Of a stretch of 56,818 nucleotides of DNA, positions 47,323 through 56,818 are shown one piece after another. Both the position numbers and the translations under genes were made by a program. Where the stretch lies: NCBI GenBank assembly GCA_030647205.1, contig JAUSJO010000002.1:371771-428588 (forward strand), read 5' to 3'. Within the stretch, counting starts at the first letter, position 1. Each line of letters starts with the position of its first letter. This DNA comes from a bacterium (GTDB lineage: Bacteria; Patescibacteriota; CPR2; UBA1875; JAJYID01). The notes beneath the pieces are model-generated. The model was given only the letters and a program-made list of their open reading frames with translations. It did no database searches and was not told the origin of the DNA.

Positions 47323-47733
47323 TTAGGAACAGTTGGGACAAGCTGCGCCTTGTCCAAACCCATGGGGATCATAATGTCCGCATTTCGGACAAGTTCCCCA
47401 AGGAACACTTGCCTCTTCATCTTCTTCCTGCGGTAATCCGAGCTGTTCCCAGTCGATGAGATTTGCCAGTTCGGGGATCATTTCCCGAATCTTATCTTTC
47501 CCAACTGCTTTTAGAAACATGCAGCTTTTTGGAGGGAGTTTTCCTAGATTGTTGTAATCAAGGAAAATTTTCCTGGCAACCATTCTCCGGGAATGACCCC
47601 TGAGATGTTCCGAAAAGTCTTCTCGTATTGCGTTAAATACCATGTGTGCGTTCAAGCACACTTTGATGGTATATTTACGCTTCCCGATGAAGGGAATGCT
47701 AAACTGTTGATCTTCATCAAGACAGTCGATCAT
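47323..47733 (-). CDS. hypothetical protein with C-terminal zinc ribbon (136 aa)
   Basis: GGAAGGAG SD 5 nt before ATG 47733. C-terminus CPKCGHYDPHGFGQGAACPNC. GC hairpin 47287-47314 lies downstream. Confidence 0.5.
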   Translation of the reverse strand: MIDCLDEDQQFSIPFIGKRKYTIKVCLNAHMVFNAIREDFSEHLRGHSRRMVARKIFLDYNNLGKLPPKSCMFLKAVGKDKIREMIPELANLIDWEQLGLPQEEDEEASVPWGTCPKCGHYDPHGFGQGAACPNCS

Positions 47734-47841
47734 TCTTGCTCCTTCCGGGATCGATATGACAGGTACTGCCCGAGATAATACCATAAAATATCCAGAATGT
47801 CAACTGTTTTCTTATGCTCAAAAAAGACTATAATTGGTAGC

Positions 47842-49563
47842 ATGACAAAGCAGGATTTGAAGCAAAAAGAGAGATGGACTGTAAAAGAAAAATTTCCGAA
47901 AAGTTACCTTAAAGATTCGGATTTTTCTGATCTTGAGAAGCAGCTCCTTTTTACGCGTGGAATTCAAAACGAAAAGGAAGTTGGAGACTTCATAAATCCT
48001 AGGTACGATGCTCTCCATGATCCATTTTTGATGAAGGGGATGAAAGAGACTGTGGAGAGGATTAAAAAGGCTGTAGAGCTTAATGAGAAGGCTGTGGTGT
48101 ATGGCGACTATGATGTGGACGGTATAACCGCAACAGCCGTGCTTTTTGAGGTATTAAATGAACTAGGGATTAAAACCGAATATTATATCCCGAAGCGCAA
48201 CCTGGAAGGTTATGGGTTAAACACCGATGCATTGGACGAGATAGCTAAAAATGGCGCAAACCTAGTTATTACAGTGGATTGTGGTGTGACAGCGGTAGAT
48301 GAGGTTGAGTATGCAAAAAAGCTAGGACTGGATATTATTATCACTGATCATCACAGCATCCGAGAGGAAAAGGGTAAGGAAGCTTTGCCTGAAACGATTG
48401 TGATCAATCCAAAACAGAAAGCGTGCGGATATCCGTATAAGGAACTTTCCGGCTCAGGCATTGCCTTCAAGCTTGCGCAGGCACTGTATAAGGAAATTCC
48501 CGAAAAGTTGACCGAAGGACAGGAAAAGTGGCTTTTGGATTTGGCTGCGCTCGGGACGGTTTGTGATGTGGTGCCCTTAACAGGTGAAAATCGCACCATA
48601 GCTTACTTTGGTACTAAGGTTATCCAAAAGACAAAGAGGGCTGGAATAAAGATGCTGGCGGAGGTATCGAGAACGGATATGGAGAAAGTAGACTCATACA
48701 AGATGGGTTTTCAGCTTGGGCCACGCCTGAATGCCGCAGGACGGCTTGAAACAGCCGAGAAGGCCATACAACTACTGCTTACAAAGGATGTAAACGAAGC
48801 ACGGATGATGGCGCTTGAGCTCAACGAGCTAAACCAGCAGCGGCAGGAACTAACTCGCAGAATAGTAGCCGAGGCTATAACAGAAGTAGAGAAGAAAAAC
48901 CCTAAGTCGAAACTTTATCTTTTGAAGGGGGAAAGCTGGCCGGCAGGTGTTGTGGGGATTGTTGCTTCAAGGTTAGCCGAGAAATACTTCAAGCCGGTGA
49001 TAGTGTGCGAGGACAAAGGAAGTGAATGCCAGGGTTCTGCGAGGTCGCCAAAATGCTTTAATATTGTTGAAGCGCTCGAGGAAGCTTCCGAGTATTTGGT
49101 TCGTTATGGAGGGCATGCCAGAGCCGCCGGTATCACGGTCAAAAAGGAACATTTCGTGCTTCTGGAGAACAAGCTGCTTGAAATATCGGATGGGAAAATA
49201 AAAGAGGAGGATTTGGTCCCTGAATACAAAATTGATTCAGAAACTTCCTTGAGTGACATTTGCGAAAAAACATATGGGTTTTTAAGACGTCTAGAGCCGT
49301 TTGGGATGGGAAATCCGATGCCGGTACTCGTTTCAAGGGGAATCAAGGTGGATTCATTTAAAAAAGTGGGCAAGTCTTTTGAGCATTTAAAGGTTGTTTT
49401 TACTGATGGAAAGGAAAAAATAAACGGTATTTACTTCTCATTCACAGGTGATGGGATGGATTTACAAAAAAATGTGGATGTGGTTTTCAATGTTAGCGAG
49501 AATGAGTGGGCAGGGCGAAAAAGTTATGAAGCTAGATGCATCGCCATAAAGGAGTCAGAGTGA
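47842..49563 (+). CDS. recJ: single-stranded-DNA-specific exonuclease RecJ
   Basis: VYGDYDVDGITA, ITDHH, GGHARAAG. TATAAT 47829-47834 lies 7 nt before ATG 47842. Confidence 0.9.
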   Translation: MTKQDLKQKERWTVKEKFPKSYLKDSDFSDLEKQLLFTRGIQNEKEVGDFINPRYDALHDPFLMKGMKETVERIKKAVELNEKAVVYGDYDVDGITATAVLFEVLNELGIKTEYYIPKRNLEGYGLNTDALDEIAKNGANLVITVDCGVTAVDEVEYAKKLGLDIIITDHHSIREEKGKEALPETIVINPKQKACGYPYKELSGSGIAFKLAQALYKEIPEKLTEGQEKWLLDLAALGTVCDVVPLTGENRTIAYFGTKVIQKTKRAGIKMLAEVSRTDMEKVDSYKMGFQLGPRLNAAGRLETAEKAIQLLLTKDVNEARMMALELNELNQQRQELTRRIVAEAITEVEKKNPKSKLYLLKGESWPAGVVGIVASRLAEKYFKPVIVCEDKGSECQGSARSPKCFNIVEALEEASEYLVRYGGHARAAGITVKKEHFVLLENKLLEISDGKIKEEDLVPEYKIDSETSLSDICEKTYGFLRRLEPFGMGNPMPVLVSRGIKVDSFKKVGKSFEHLKVVFTDGKEKINGIYFSFTGDGMDLQKNVDVVFNVSENEWAGRKSYEARCIAIKESE

Positions 49564-51719
49564 ATATTAGTAAGTATCTAGAAAGAGCGAAAAAGAAGAA
49601 CCGGGAGGCAGATACCAAGCTTCTTGAAAAGGTTTATTTATATTCAAAAGAAGCTCACAAAGGGCAAAAAAGAGCCTCCGGGGATGAGTATTTTATTCAT
49701 CCTTTGGCAGTGTCTCTCATCGTGATGGATATGGGACTTGATAGTGAGACCATTGCCGCGGCGCTGCTGCATGATGTCATAGAGGATACGAAAATAACTA
49801 AAAGTAAGCTTGGAGAGACATTCTCAAAGAGCATTTGTGATCTGGTAGATGGCGTAACAAAGCTTGGTGAGGTTGACTTCGATAAGTACTCAACACCGGG
49901 AGAAAGCGAAAGGAATCTAGACAAAGAAGTAGAGTCGATGCGTAAGCTTTTCCTAGCCACGGCAGAAGATATAAGAGTGGTTTTCATTAAGCTTGCCGAT
50001 AGGCTCCACAACATGAGAACCTTATCGTTTTTAAAGGAGGAAGACAGGAAGAGAATAGCGAAAGAAACTCTGGATATTTTTGCTCCGCTTGCAGATCGCC
50101 TTGGTATGGGGCAGATGAAGGCCGAGCTTGAGGACCTATCTTTTCTATATTACTTGCCTGAAGAGTACAAAGAAGTTAAGAAGCAAGTAAAACGCAAAAT
50201 TACGGAAAGCAAAAAGTATTTACCAAAGATAAAAAGCTTCTTGAATAAAATATTAGATCAGGAGTCAATAGAAGCGGAAATAGATGGACGGGTAAAACAC
50301 ATTTATGCGGTATATAGGAAGCTGAAGAAACACGACGGAGATATAGATAAGATATATGACGTTATGGCCATAAGAATCATAGTTGATAGCATAGATGACT
50401 GCTATAAATCGCTAGGTATTGTGCACGCTCATTTCAAGCCGCTTATTTACAGAATTAAAGACTATATAGCGGTTCCAAAAACGAATGGATACAGGTCTCT
50501 TCATACGACCGTTTTTGGTTTAGACGGTAAGATTATAGAGATACAAATCAGAACAAAAGAGATGCATGAAGAAGCGGAAAATGGCGTTGCGGCGCATTGG
50601 AAATACTCGGAAAACAAAGAAAAAATATTTGCCGGAAGCGGTGTTTCTCTGGCAAAAAAGCAGGAGACCAAGGTTGTAGCAGAGCTAAAAAGCTTTTCAA
50701 CAGTTACTTCGGAAAGCTTCAAGGGTAAAACTTTTGATATTTTCAGAAACAGAATATTCTCCTTTTCCCCGACAGGAGACATATTTGAACTTCCGGAGGG
50801 CGCTACTCCTATTGATTTTGCCTATGCCGTGCACTCGGATATAGCGGAAAAATGTATCGGAGCCAAAGTAAACGGTAAGATAGTCACCCTTGATACAAAG
50901 CTAGAAAACAGAGATATTGTGGAAATTATCGCTTCTAAAAAAGCGTCAGGTCCCTCGAGAGATTGGCTTTATTTTGCTATCACCCCAAGAGCAAAGCAAA
51001 AAATCAGGGCATACTTAAGGAGTAAAGATAGAAGTCAAAATATAGAGCTTGGGCATGAAATTCTCGATGACGAACTCAAGATAATCGCAAAGTCCAAGGT
51101 TGATGCAATACCCAAAGAAACATGGCAAATTATCCTCGAGAAAATGCCGCAAAAAGGCAAGGATGATGTTTTGGCGGGTATTGGAGACGGTTCTCTATCT
51201 GTGAAGCAGGTTGCAAGGAAGCTCTTTCCTCTTGAGAAAAAGATTAAAGTAGTTGATGAGGAGAAAGTGGTTGAGAGAGTGCCGAAAGGTATGTCGGTGG
51301 GTCTTGTAGGGTCTAAAGGCATAAAGATTATTATTGCTCCCTGTTGCAGCCCGTCATCGAAGGACAAGATAGTTGGCTTCATCACAAGAGGCCGGGGAAT
51401 ATCCGTTCATAAAAAGAGCTGCAAAAATATCGTTGGATTGGATAAAGAAAGGATGATTGAGGTTGCTTGGGACGCTTCTGCTCCGGAGGTAAAGCCCGTG
51501 AACTTTTCCATGGATATTTCCGACAGGAAAGGGCTTCTCTCGGAGATAACCGCGATAGTCGCTGAAATGGGGATCAATATAGCGAAGCTTGAGACTAAAC
51601 TAGACGGCCTAGACAAGCAAATTCTTGTGAGCGTTGATGTTGATGATGTTTTCAAAGAGAGGCTCCTTAAGGATAAACTTTTAAAAGTGAAAGGGATGAA
51701 AAAAATCCAAGTGTTTTAG
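49560..51719 (+). CDS. rel: bifunctional (p)ppGpp synthetase/hydrolase (RelA/SpoT homolog)
   Basis: HD hydrolase (HPLAVS..LLHDVIEDT), synthetase (YRSLHTTV, EIQIRT), TGS and ACT regions. GTG 49560 has an AAAGGAG SD and overlaps the recJ stop. Confidence 0.95.
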   Translation: MNISKYLERAKKKNREADTKLLEKVYLYSKEAHKGQKRASGDEYFIHPLAVSLIVMDMGLDSETIAAALLHDVIEDTKITKSKLGETFSKSICDLVDGVTKLGEVDFDKYSTPGESERNLDKEVESMRKLFLATAEDIRVVFIKLADRLHNMRTLSFLKEEDRKRIAKETLDIFAPLADRLGMGQMKAELEDLSFLYYLPEEYKEVKKQVKRKITESKKYLPKIKSFLNKILDQESIEAEIDGRVKHIYAVYRKLKKHDGDIDKIYDVMAIRIIVDSIDDCYKSLGIVHAHFKPLIYRIKDYIAVPKTNGYRSLHTTVFGLDGKIIEIQIRTKEMHEEAENGVAAHWKYSENKEKIFAGSGVSLAKKQETKVVAELKSFSTVTSESFKGKTFDIFRNRIFSFSPTGDIFELPEGATPIDFAYAVHSDIAEKCIGAKVNGKIVTLDTKLENRDIVEIIASKKASGPSRDWLYFAITPRAKQKIRAYLRSKDRSQNIELGHEILDDELKIIAKSKVDAIPKETWQIILEKMPQKGKDDVLAGIGDGSLSVKQVARKLFPLEKKIKVVDEEKVVERVPKGMSVGLVGSKGIKIIIAPCCSPSSKDKIVGFITRGRGISVHKKSCKNIVGLDKERMIEVAWDASAPEVKPVNFSMDISDRKGLLSEITAIVAEMGINIAKLETKLDGLDKQILVSVDVDDVFKERLLKDKLLKVKGMKKIQVF

Positions 51720-51760
51720 CATTGATTATTATGCTAGGATATGGTAATTTAACCTCACAA

Positions 51761-53035
51761 ATGGGCAAAAAATTACAAAAACCGAGAGGGACAAAAGATA
51801 TTCTTCTGGAAGATCAGAAGTATTTTAAATATGTTCAAAATGTTTTTGAAACAGTAGCTGAGGAGGCTGGTTTTCAGAAAATCACAACTCCCGCATTTGA
51901 GGATACCAGTCTGTTTGTTCGTGGAGTTGGCAAAGAAACCGATATTGTTGGCAAGGAAATGTATACATTTAAGGATAAGTCCGGCAATTCGCTCACTTTG
52001 AGGCCTGAGGGCACAGCTCCCGTTGTGAGGGCATATCTTGAGGATGGTTTGCAATCTTTACCGCAACCCGTAAGTTTATACTATTTTTCTAATTTCTTTC
52101 GCTACGAACGGCCTCAGGCGGGTAGATACAGAGAGTTTTGGCAGTTTGGGCTGGAAGTAATTGGAGACAAAAGCCCGCTTGTTGATGCAAATGTTATTGC
52201 CACAGTCTCAAGAGCGTATAAGAAACTGGATATCAAGAATATTAGTATCCAGATCAACTCGATGGGGTGTCCGACTTGCAGACCTAAGTACGTTCAATTT
52301 TTGAAGAAATATTATGTGGGGAACTTGGGTAAACTTTGCCCTGACTGCAAAAAACGCTACAAAACCAATCCTTTGAGATTACTTGACTGCAAGAATGAGA
52401 AATGTATGACGTTGCAAGCTGATGCGCCTCAAATTATCAATAATCTTTGCAGCGGCTGTCACGAGCATTTCAAGACAGTACTTGAGTACATAGATGAGCT
52501 TGAAATTAACTACGAACTTAATCCTAAGATTGTGCGGGGACTCGACTACTATACGGGGACCGTTTTTGAGGTATGGAATGATCGTAGCGGAGCACAAAAC
52601 TCTATTGGCGGAGGTGGCAGATATGACGAACTTGTTGGTCTTTTGGGCGGGCCAAAGACGCCTGCGGTAGGGTTTGGGGCAGGAGTATCAAGGATTATCG
52701 ATGAAATGGAAAAAGAAGGAGTTGAGTTTGAAGCAAAGAAAAATGTGAACATATTTGTTGCTCAACTTGGCAGTAAAGCCCGTAAAAAATGTTTTAAACT
52801 TTTAAATGATTTGCTTGATGCCGGTATCGGTGCTGAAGCACGATTTGATAAAGGCGGTATAGGGGATCAGTTCAAAGTTGCTTCAAAGTTGGGAGTTGAA
52901 TACACACTCCTTATTGGTCAGCGAGAGGCTTTTGACGGAACGGTCATTATCAAAGATATGGCTTCCGGGAACCAAGAGGTATTTCCATATGAAAAGATAG
53001 TCAAAGTTATGGCTAGAAGGCTAAAGAAAGACTGA
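51761..53035 (+). CDS. hisS: histidine--tRNA ligase
   Basis: PRGTKD, LRPEGTAP, FRYERPQAGRYREFWQFG, GGGRYD. Confidence 0.95.
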   Translation: MGKKLQKPRGTKDILLEDQKYFKYVQNVFETVAEEAGFQKITTPAFEDTSLFVRGVGKETDIVGKEMYTFKDKSGNSLTLRPEGTAPVVRAYLEDGLQSLPQPVSLYYFSNFFRYERPQAGRYREFWQFGLEVIGDKSPLVDANVIATVSRAYKKLDIKNISIQINSMGCPTCRPKYVQFLKKYYVGNLGKLCPDCKKRYKTNPLRLLDCKNEKCMTLQADAPQIINNLCSGCHEHFKTVLEYIDELEINYELNPKIVRGLDYYTGTVFEVWNDRSGAQNSIGGGGRYDELVGLLGGPKTPAVGFGAGVSRIIDEMEKEGVEFEAKKNVNIFVAQLGSKARKKCFKLLNDLLDAGIGAEARFDKGGIGDQFKVASKLGVEYTLLIGQREAFDGTVIIKDMASGNQEVFPYEKIVKVMARRLKKD

Positions 53036-53045
53036 AGCAGAACTC

Positions 53046-54344
53046 ATGAAAAGAGAAGAAAAACAGGCAAAAAGCATCTTTTTTGCTACGCTTGGATGTC
53101 GGTTAAACCAGGCGGAAACGCAGAAGCTAAGGACTGATGCATTGAACCTGGGACTTACGATCGTGCCAGATGAAGATAAGGCTGACATTTTCGTGTTGAA
53201 CTCATGCTCGGTGACAGACAAAGCCCAAAGAGATACGGAAAAAATACTAAAAAGATTAAATAAGGAATATCCAAAAAAGCAAATCATTGTCACCGGTTGT
53301 GGGGCGCGTGATGAACACAAAAAGTATGCAGTTGTTGTCAAAAATGAAGAAAAGGGCAATTTGTTTTGTCCTCTCGAGCGAAATGAAATGGAGCCGAGAG
53401 ATCCCTTAAAAAATGCAGAGAATACGATTAGAGAAAGGGATTTCTCCACTCGTCCCGTTAGGAAGTCGGTCGAAATGACAGACAACCGGAAGACAAGATT
53501 GATGTATAAAGTCCAGGACGGCTGTAATAACTTCTGCTCTTACTGTATTGTTCCTTATGTCCGTGGTCGTGAACGCAGTATTGAAGTAGGGCGAATAGTA
53601 AATGAGCTTAAAATGGCCGAAAAATGTGGGTTTAAGGAGATTGTGCTGTGCGGAGTAAATATTGGGAGATATGAGCACAAAGACCTTAAACTAGCCGATG
53701 TAATCGAAGAAATACTTAAAAACACTAGATTCCCGAGAATACGCTTAAGTTCTATCAATCCTGATGATTTTACAGACGATTTGGTGGCTCTTTGGGCGCA
53801 AAATGACCGTTTATGCCCCCATTTTCATATCTCGCTTCAGAGCGGCTCAGATACGGTTTTGAAGCGCATGGGGCGCAAGTATAGCTTAAAACAATATGCT
53901 GATTTAGCTATAAAATTGAGGGAAAATATTCCCGAAGTTCAGATTACAACGGATGTTATAGTTGGATTTCCCGGTGAAACTGAGGCGGAGTTTGCCGAAA
54001 CGGTTGAGTTTGTAAAGAAGATGCAGTTCCTCAAAGTTCATGTATTTCGCTATTCACCTCGTGAAGGCACTCGAGCAGCAAAAATGCCGGATCAACTTAG
54101 CGGGAAAACCAAGAAGGAAAGAGCTATGCAGCTAAAGGAATTAGACTCAAAAATCCGCCAAGAAATCCTCAAAAGCTACATTGGGAAAGAAGCAGAAGTC
54201 CTTTTTGAGCAGGAAAAGAGTGGAGTTTATGCCGGATTCACCCCGAACTATATAAAAGTTTCTAAAAACAGCAAAAAAGATCTATCAAATCAAATTTTGA
54301 AGTTTAAAGTTACCGGTACCGGTAATGATGGTTTAACCGTCTAA
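53046..54344 (+). CDS. mtaB: radical-SAM methylthiotransferase (MtaB/MiaB family)
   Basis: LGCRLNQAETQ N-terminal domain, CNNFCSYCIVP radical-SAM cluster motif, C-terminal TRAM-like region. Confidence 0.85.
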   Translation: MKREEKQAKSIFFATLGCRLNQAETQKLRTDALNLGLTIVPDEDKADIFVLNSCSVTDKAQRDTEKILKRLNKEYPKKQIIVTGCGARDEHKKYAVVVKNEEKGNLFCPLERNEMEPRDPLKNAENTIRERDFSTRPVRKSVEMTDNRKTRLMYKVQDGCNNFCSYCIVPYVRGRERSIEVGRIVNELKMAEKCGFKEIVLCGVNIGRYEHKDLKLADVIEEILKNTRFPRIRLSSINPDDFTDDLVALWAQNDRLCPHFHISLQSGSDTVLKRMGRKYSLKQYADLAIKLRENIPEVQITTDVIVGFPGETEAEFAETVEFVKKMQFLKVHVFRYSPREGTRAAKMPDQLSGKTKKERAMQLKELDSKIRQEILKSYIGKEAEVLFEQEKSGVYAGFTPNYIKVSKNSKKDLSNQILKFKVTGTGNDGLTV

Positions 54345-54379
54345 AAGATAGTAGAATTGGAGCATCAAGAAAGGTTTTT

Positions 54380-55000
54380 ATGAGTAACAAAATATATATA
54401 GTAAGGCACGGCCAAGATGAAGATAACGCAAATGGGGTTTTAAACGGCCATAGAGACATGCCGCTAACTAAAATTGGCCAAATGCAAGCAGAGGAGATCG
54501 CCCAGAAGATAGAAGGGTCGGGCTTAACTTTTGATGTTATTTTGGCATCTCCCTTAAAAAGAGCTTTTTCTACCGCTCAAGCAATAGCGAAAAAACAAAA
54601 TATGGAGGTTGAAGTTGAACCGCTTCTTATAGAGAGAGAATTTGGTGTTATGACCGGAAAACCCGTGTCTTCAATCATTGAGATGTGTAGGCCCCATGTT
54701 CTAGAGACTGATCACATAAACTACTTTCTTTGTCCTGATGGTGCCGAAACTTTTCAGGATCTCATGGAAAGAGGCGGTGAGATGCTTGAAAAATTGGAGG
54801 GAAAGTACAAGAATAAGAGGATATTGCTTGTAACGCATGGGGATATGGGAAAAATGATTTATACGACTTATTACGACAAAAAATGGGAAGATGTTTTAAA
54901 GGACTTTCATTTTGGAAACTCTGAGATGCTTCTGCTGTCAGATGACTCTAATGATAAACATCATGTATTTAAGATAAAGCAATATCACAAATCTAAATAA
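54380..55000 (+). CDS. histidine phosphatase (phosphoglycerate mutase-like) family protein
   Basis: IVRHGQDEDN (RHG motif), LVTHGD. Confidence 0.75.
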   Translation: MSNKIYIVRHGQDEDNANGVLNGHRDMPLTKIGQMQAEEIAQKIEGSGLTFDVILASPLKRAFSTAQAIAKKQNMEVEVEPLLIEREFGVMTGKPVSSIIEMCRPHVLETDHINYFLCPDGAETFQDLMERGGEMLEKLEGKYKNKRILLVTHGDMGKMIYTTYYDKKWEDVLKDFHFGNSEMLLLSDDSNDKHHVFKIKQYHKSK

Positions 55001-55007
55001 ACACACT

Positions 55008-55034
55008 AAAAACCTCCCTTTCGGGAGGCTTTTA
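55008..55034. terminator. bidirectional terminator
   Basis: AAAAACCTCCC-TTTC-GGGAGGCTTTT. Confidence 0.8.
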
Positions 55035-55055
55035 GTAATTCGTTAGAATTTTAGT

Positions 55056-55637
55056 TTACCAGAGGATTCCACGTACGGCGTACCAAGGTGTCCAACCACG
55101 ACCTTTGTAGTAGTTGTTGTAGGCAAGAGAGATGTTAAACTCTGGGTCGTAAATCTTCTCACCATATTTGGCATAACCGCCATGAATCTGGAATAGACCG
55201 TGGTCGTCAGTAGCCGAGATTGCTCTCGGGTTACCGCCAGACTCACGTGACATAGTCAGCATAGCCTGGTCAACCGGCCAAGGATACTTAGCTACTATAG
55301 ATCTCCACTGTTCGGCGTTAGGTTTAACACCGGAAGTAGCTACCTTTTTAGCAAGTTCTTGTGCCTTAGCGGCCTCGATCTGTTTTTGTTCTTCTAGTTT
55401 TTTTAGGTTCTCGGCTTCAGCTTGTTTGGCCATTTCGGCCTGTCGCTGAGCTATCTGAGCCTTAGCAACCTCATCTTTTGTAGGCTCTGTTTTGGGAAGC
55501 TTCATTTCGACTACTTCCTCAATTTTTTGTAAGTTTTCTTTTTTTGTTTCTGGTACTACTGTAGGCTGGGCTACACCCACGCCTGTGCTCACTATCATTG
55601 GCATTAGCGCCGCGATAGCAAATATTTTGTTACGCAT
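55056..55637 (-). CDS. secreted lysozyme-like transglycosylase (SLT/Rpf-type domain)
   Basis: Signal peptide, Ala/Glu/Lys coiled coil, C-terminal MSRESGGNPRA...HGLFQIH. Confidence 0.65.
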   Translation of the reverse strand: MRNKIFAIAALMPMIVSTGVGVAQPTVVPETKKENLQKIEEVVEMKLPKTEPTKDEVAKAQIAQRQAEMAKQAEAENLKKLEEQKQIEAAKAQELAKKVATSGVKPNAEQWRSIVAKYPWPVDQAMLTMSRESGGNPRAISATDDHGLFQIHGGYAKYGEKIYDPEFNISLAYNNYYKGRGWTPWYAVRGILW

Positions 55638-55702
55638 TTGGTATGTTCTACCACCTTTCTACCCTCTAAACAAAATTCCTGATTTCTCAGGAACCGCGTA
55701 AG

Positions 55703-55731
55703 ATTATATCACAAGGAGTATTACTTGTCAA
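55703..55731 (-). promoter_or_regulatory. consensus sigma-70 promoter (minus strand)
   Basis: On the minus strand, TTGACA-17 nt-TATAAT upstream of 55056-55637. Confidence 0.65.
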
Positions 55732-55795
55732 TACTTTTCTCAAGGAAAGTGAAAATATGTCAATATATTCTTCTCTCAGATTTTTAGCTCAATTC

Positions 55796-55824
55796 AAAAG
55801 GGCAACCGCGGCGCGGTTGCCCTT
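55796..55824 (-). terminator. terminator of the M50 protease gene
   Basis: GGGCAACCGC-GGC-GCGGTTGCCC. T-run on the minus strand. Confidence 0.75.
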
Positions 55825-55838
55825 GTAGTTTCTCGCTG

Positions 55839-56630
55839 TTACTTTGCGTTGATGATGATATCAACCGGGTTAGCGTCGCCCAGTGAGATCAACATGAGAT
55901 ATCCCAGCAAGATGAAGGCAACCAGAGTTAGTGAGCTATATGCTATAGTTTTTCCAACTTCAGTTGCTGACATAGCCTGCAACAGGCTTTGAAGCCTATT
56001 CTCATACCTGATCTCGCTAAGGCTGAAGACCCCCACAAGCAAGAAAAGCGGGATATGGGTCAAGAAGTAGGCAATGAAAGCGAGGATAGGGCCGCCTATA
56101 AGCACACAGAGACCCATTGTCTTGCCACAGGAGTATGCGAACGACTTCATAATCCGGCCGCCATCCAGAGGATTGACCGGTAAAAGGTTAAAGACGTTGA
56201 TAACGCATACAAAAACCGTTATGCAGGCCAGATACTGGCTACGTGTCAAATATGAGACTGTAGCCATTGCCGCTGCTCCCAAAAGCCCCCAGATAGGTCC
56301 CATGATCGCCGTAAACACTTCTCGGAAATGGGTAGGAGAAGCATCTCTCACAAGTCCGATGGCCCCAATCGGTGTGAGCAAAAGGCCTCGTGTTTCAATA
56401 CCGAGCTTCTTTGCTGCCCAAAGGTGGCCGCTTTCGTGGAAATAGAGTGATGCGAGGATCAGTGTGGCGGTTTTCCAGCCTAATACATAGGTGAAAAAGA
56501 CAACTGTCACGCAAAACAAAAGGAATCGTAAAGGTGTAATGTGCCTGGGTGCGTCAAGTAGCGCATCCACGACTAACCATATGCCCTTTGCTCTATGCGG
56601 TGAGTTCACTGCAGAGGCTTCCATTGCCAT
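55839..56630 (-). CDS. site-2 protease family (peptidase M50) membrane metalloprotease
   Basis: HESGHLWAAKKLG (HExxH) and NLLPVNPLDGGR motifs in a multi-pass membrane protein. Confidence 0.8.
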   Translation of the reverse strand: MAMEASAVNSPHRAKGIWLVVDALLDAPRHITPLRFLLFCVTVVFFTYVLGWKTATLILASLYFHESGHLWAAKKLGIETRGLLLTPIGAIGLVRDASPTHFREVFTAIMGPIWGLLGAAAMATVSYLTRSQYLACITVFVCVINVFNLLPVNPLDGGRIMKSFAYSCGKTMGLCVLIGGPILAFIAYFLTHIPLFLLVGVFSLSEIRYENRLQSLLQAMSATEVGKTIAYSSLTLVAFILLGYLMLISLGDANPVDIIINAK

Positions 56631-56818
56631 CCTTTCTGTTGAGGTTCTTTTTGGTTTTTGTGCCTTACTGGTACCAAAAAATTTAAAGTAATTTTATAAC
56701 AAAAGTACTTTTATGTCAATGATATTCTGTCAACTGTTAGTAGTAAAAATTATTACTTTTTTAGAAAAAGTAATACAAAAATCGCGACTTATGGCGGCGA
56801 CAAAGTGTCGGATTTCAG

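Overview
This is a 56.8-kb chromosomal segment from a low-GC, gene-dense bacterium using the standard code: recognisable full-length genes end at TAA, TAG and TGA. Several traits suggest a Candidate Phyla Radiation / Patescibacteria-type organism, which is inference, not proof. These are compact housekeeping operons, pilin-like surface proteins, a 23S rRNA with AT-rich expansion segments, a 23S-5S pair without 16S, and many short orphan ORFs. The housekeeping backbone is: ECF sigma cluster, DEAD-box helicase, pnuC-nadR, rrl-rrf, NUDIX, U32 peptidase, GNAT-deaminase-HD, rubrerythrin, rpsA, infB-rbfA-nrnA, response regulator, priA-def-fmt, secD-secF, recJ-rel-hisS-mtaB, and an M50 protease. Between these lie visibly more GC-rich accessory patches bounded by GC hairpin terminators. 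The largest patch (about 15.0-22.3 kb) carries an orphan DGQHR/ParB-like protein, an ImmA-like metalloprotease, a KGG stress protein, an HD hydrolase and two paralogous secreted-protein cassettes. It ends in three stacked copies of the 3' end of the U32 gene, which I read as a site-specific integration hot spot. Other notable items are a GH-A-like protein with both catalytic Glu positions replaced by Gln, a four-gene membrane/zinc-ribbon operon, a three-gene insertion between secF and recJ, and a recurrent TATAAT-N6/7-ATG leaderless-start pattern. I recognised no CRISPR array, tRNA, transposase or integrase. All calls rest on reading motifs by eye; no database search was possible.
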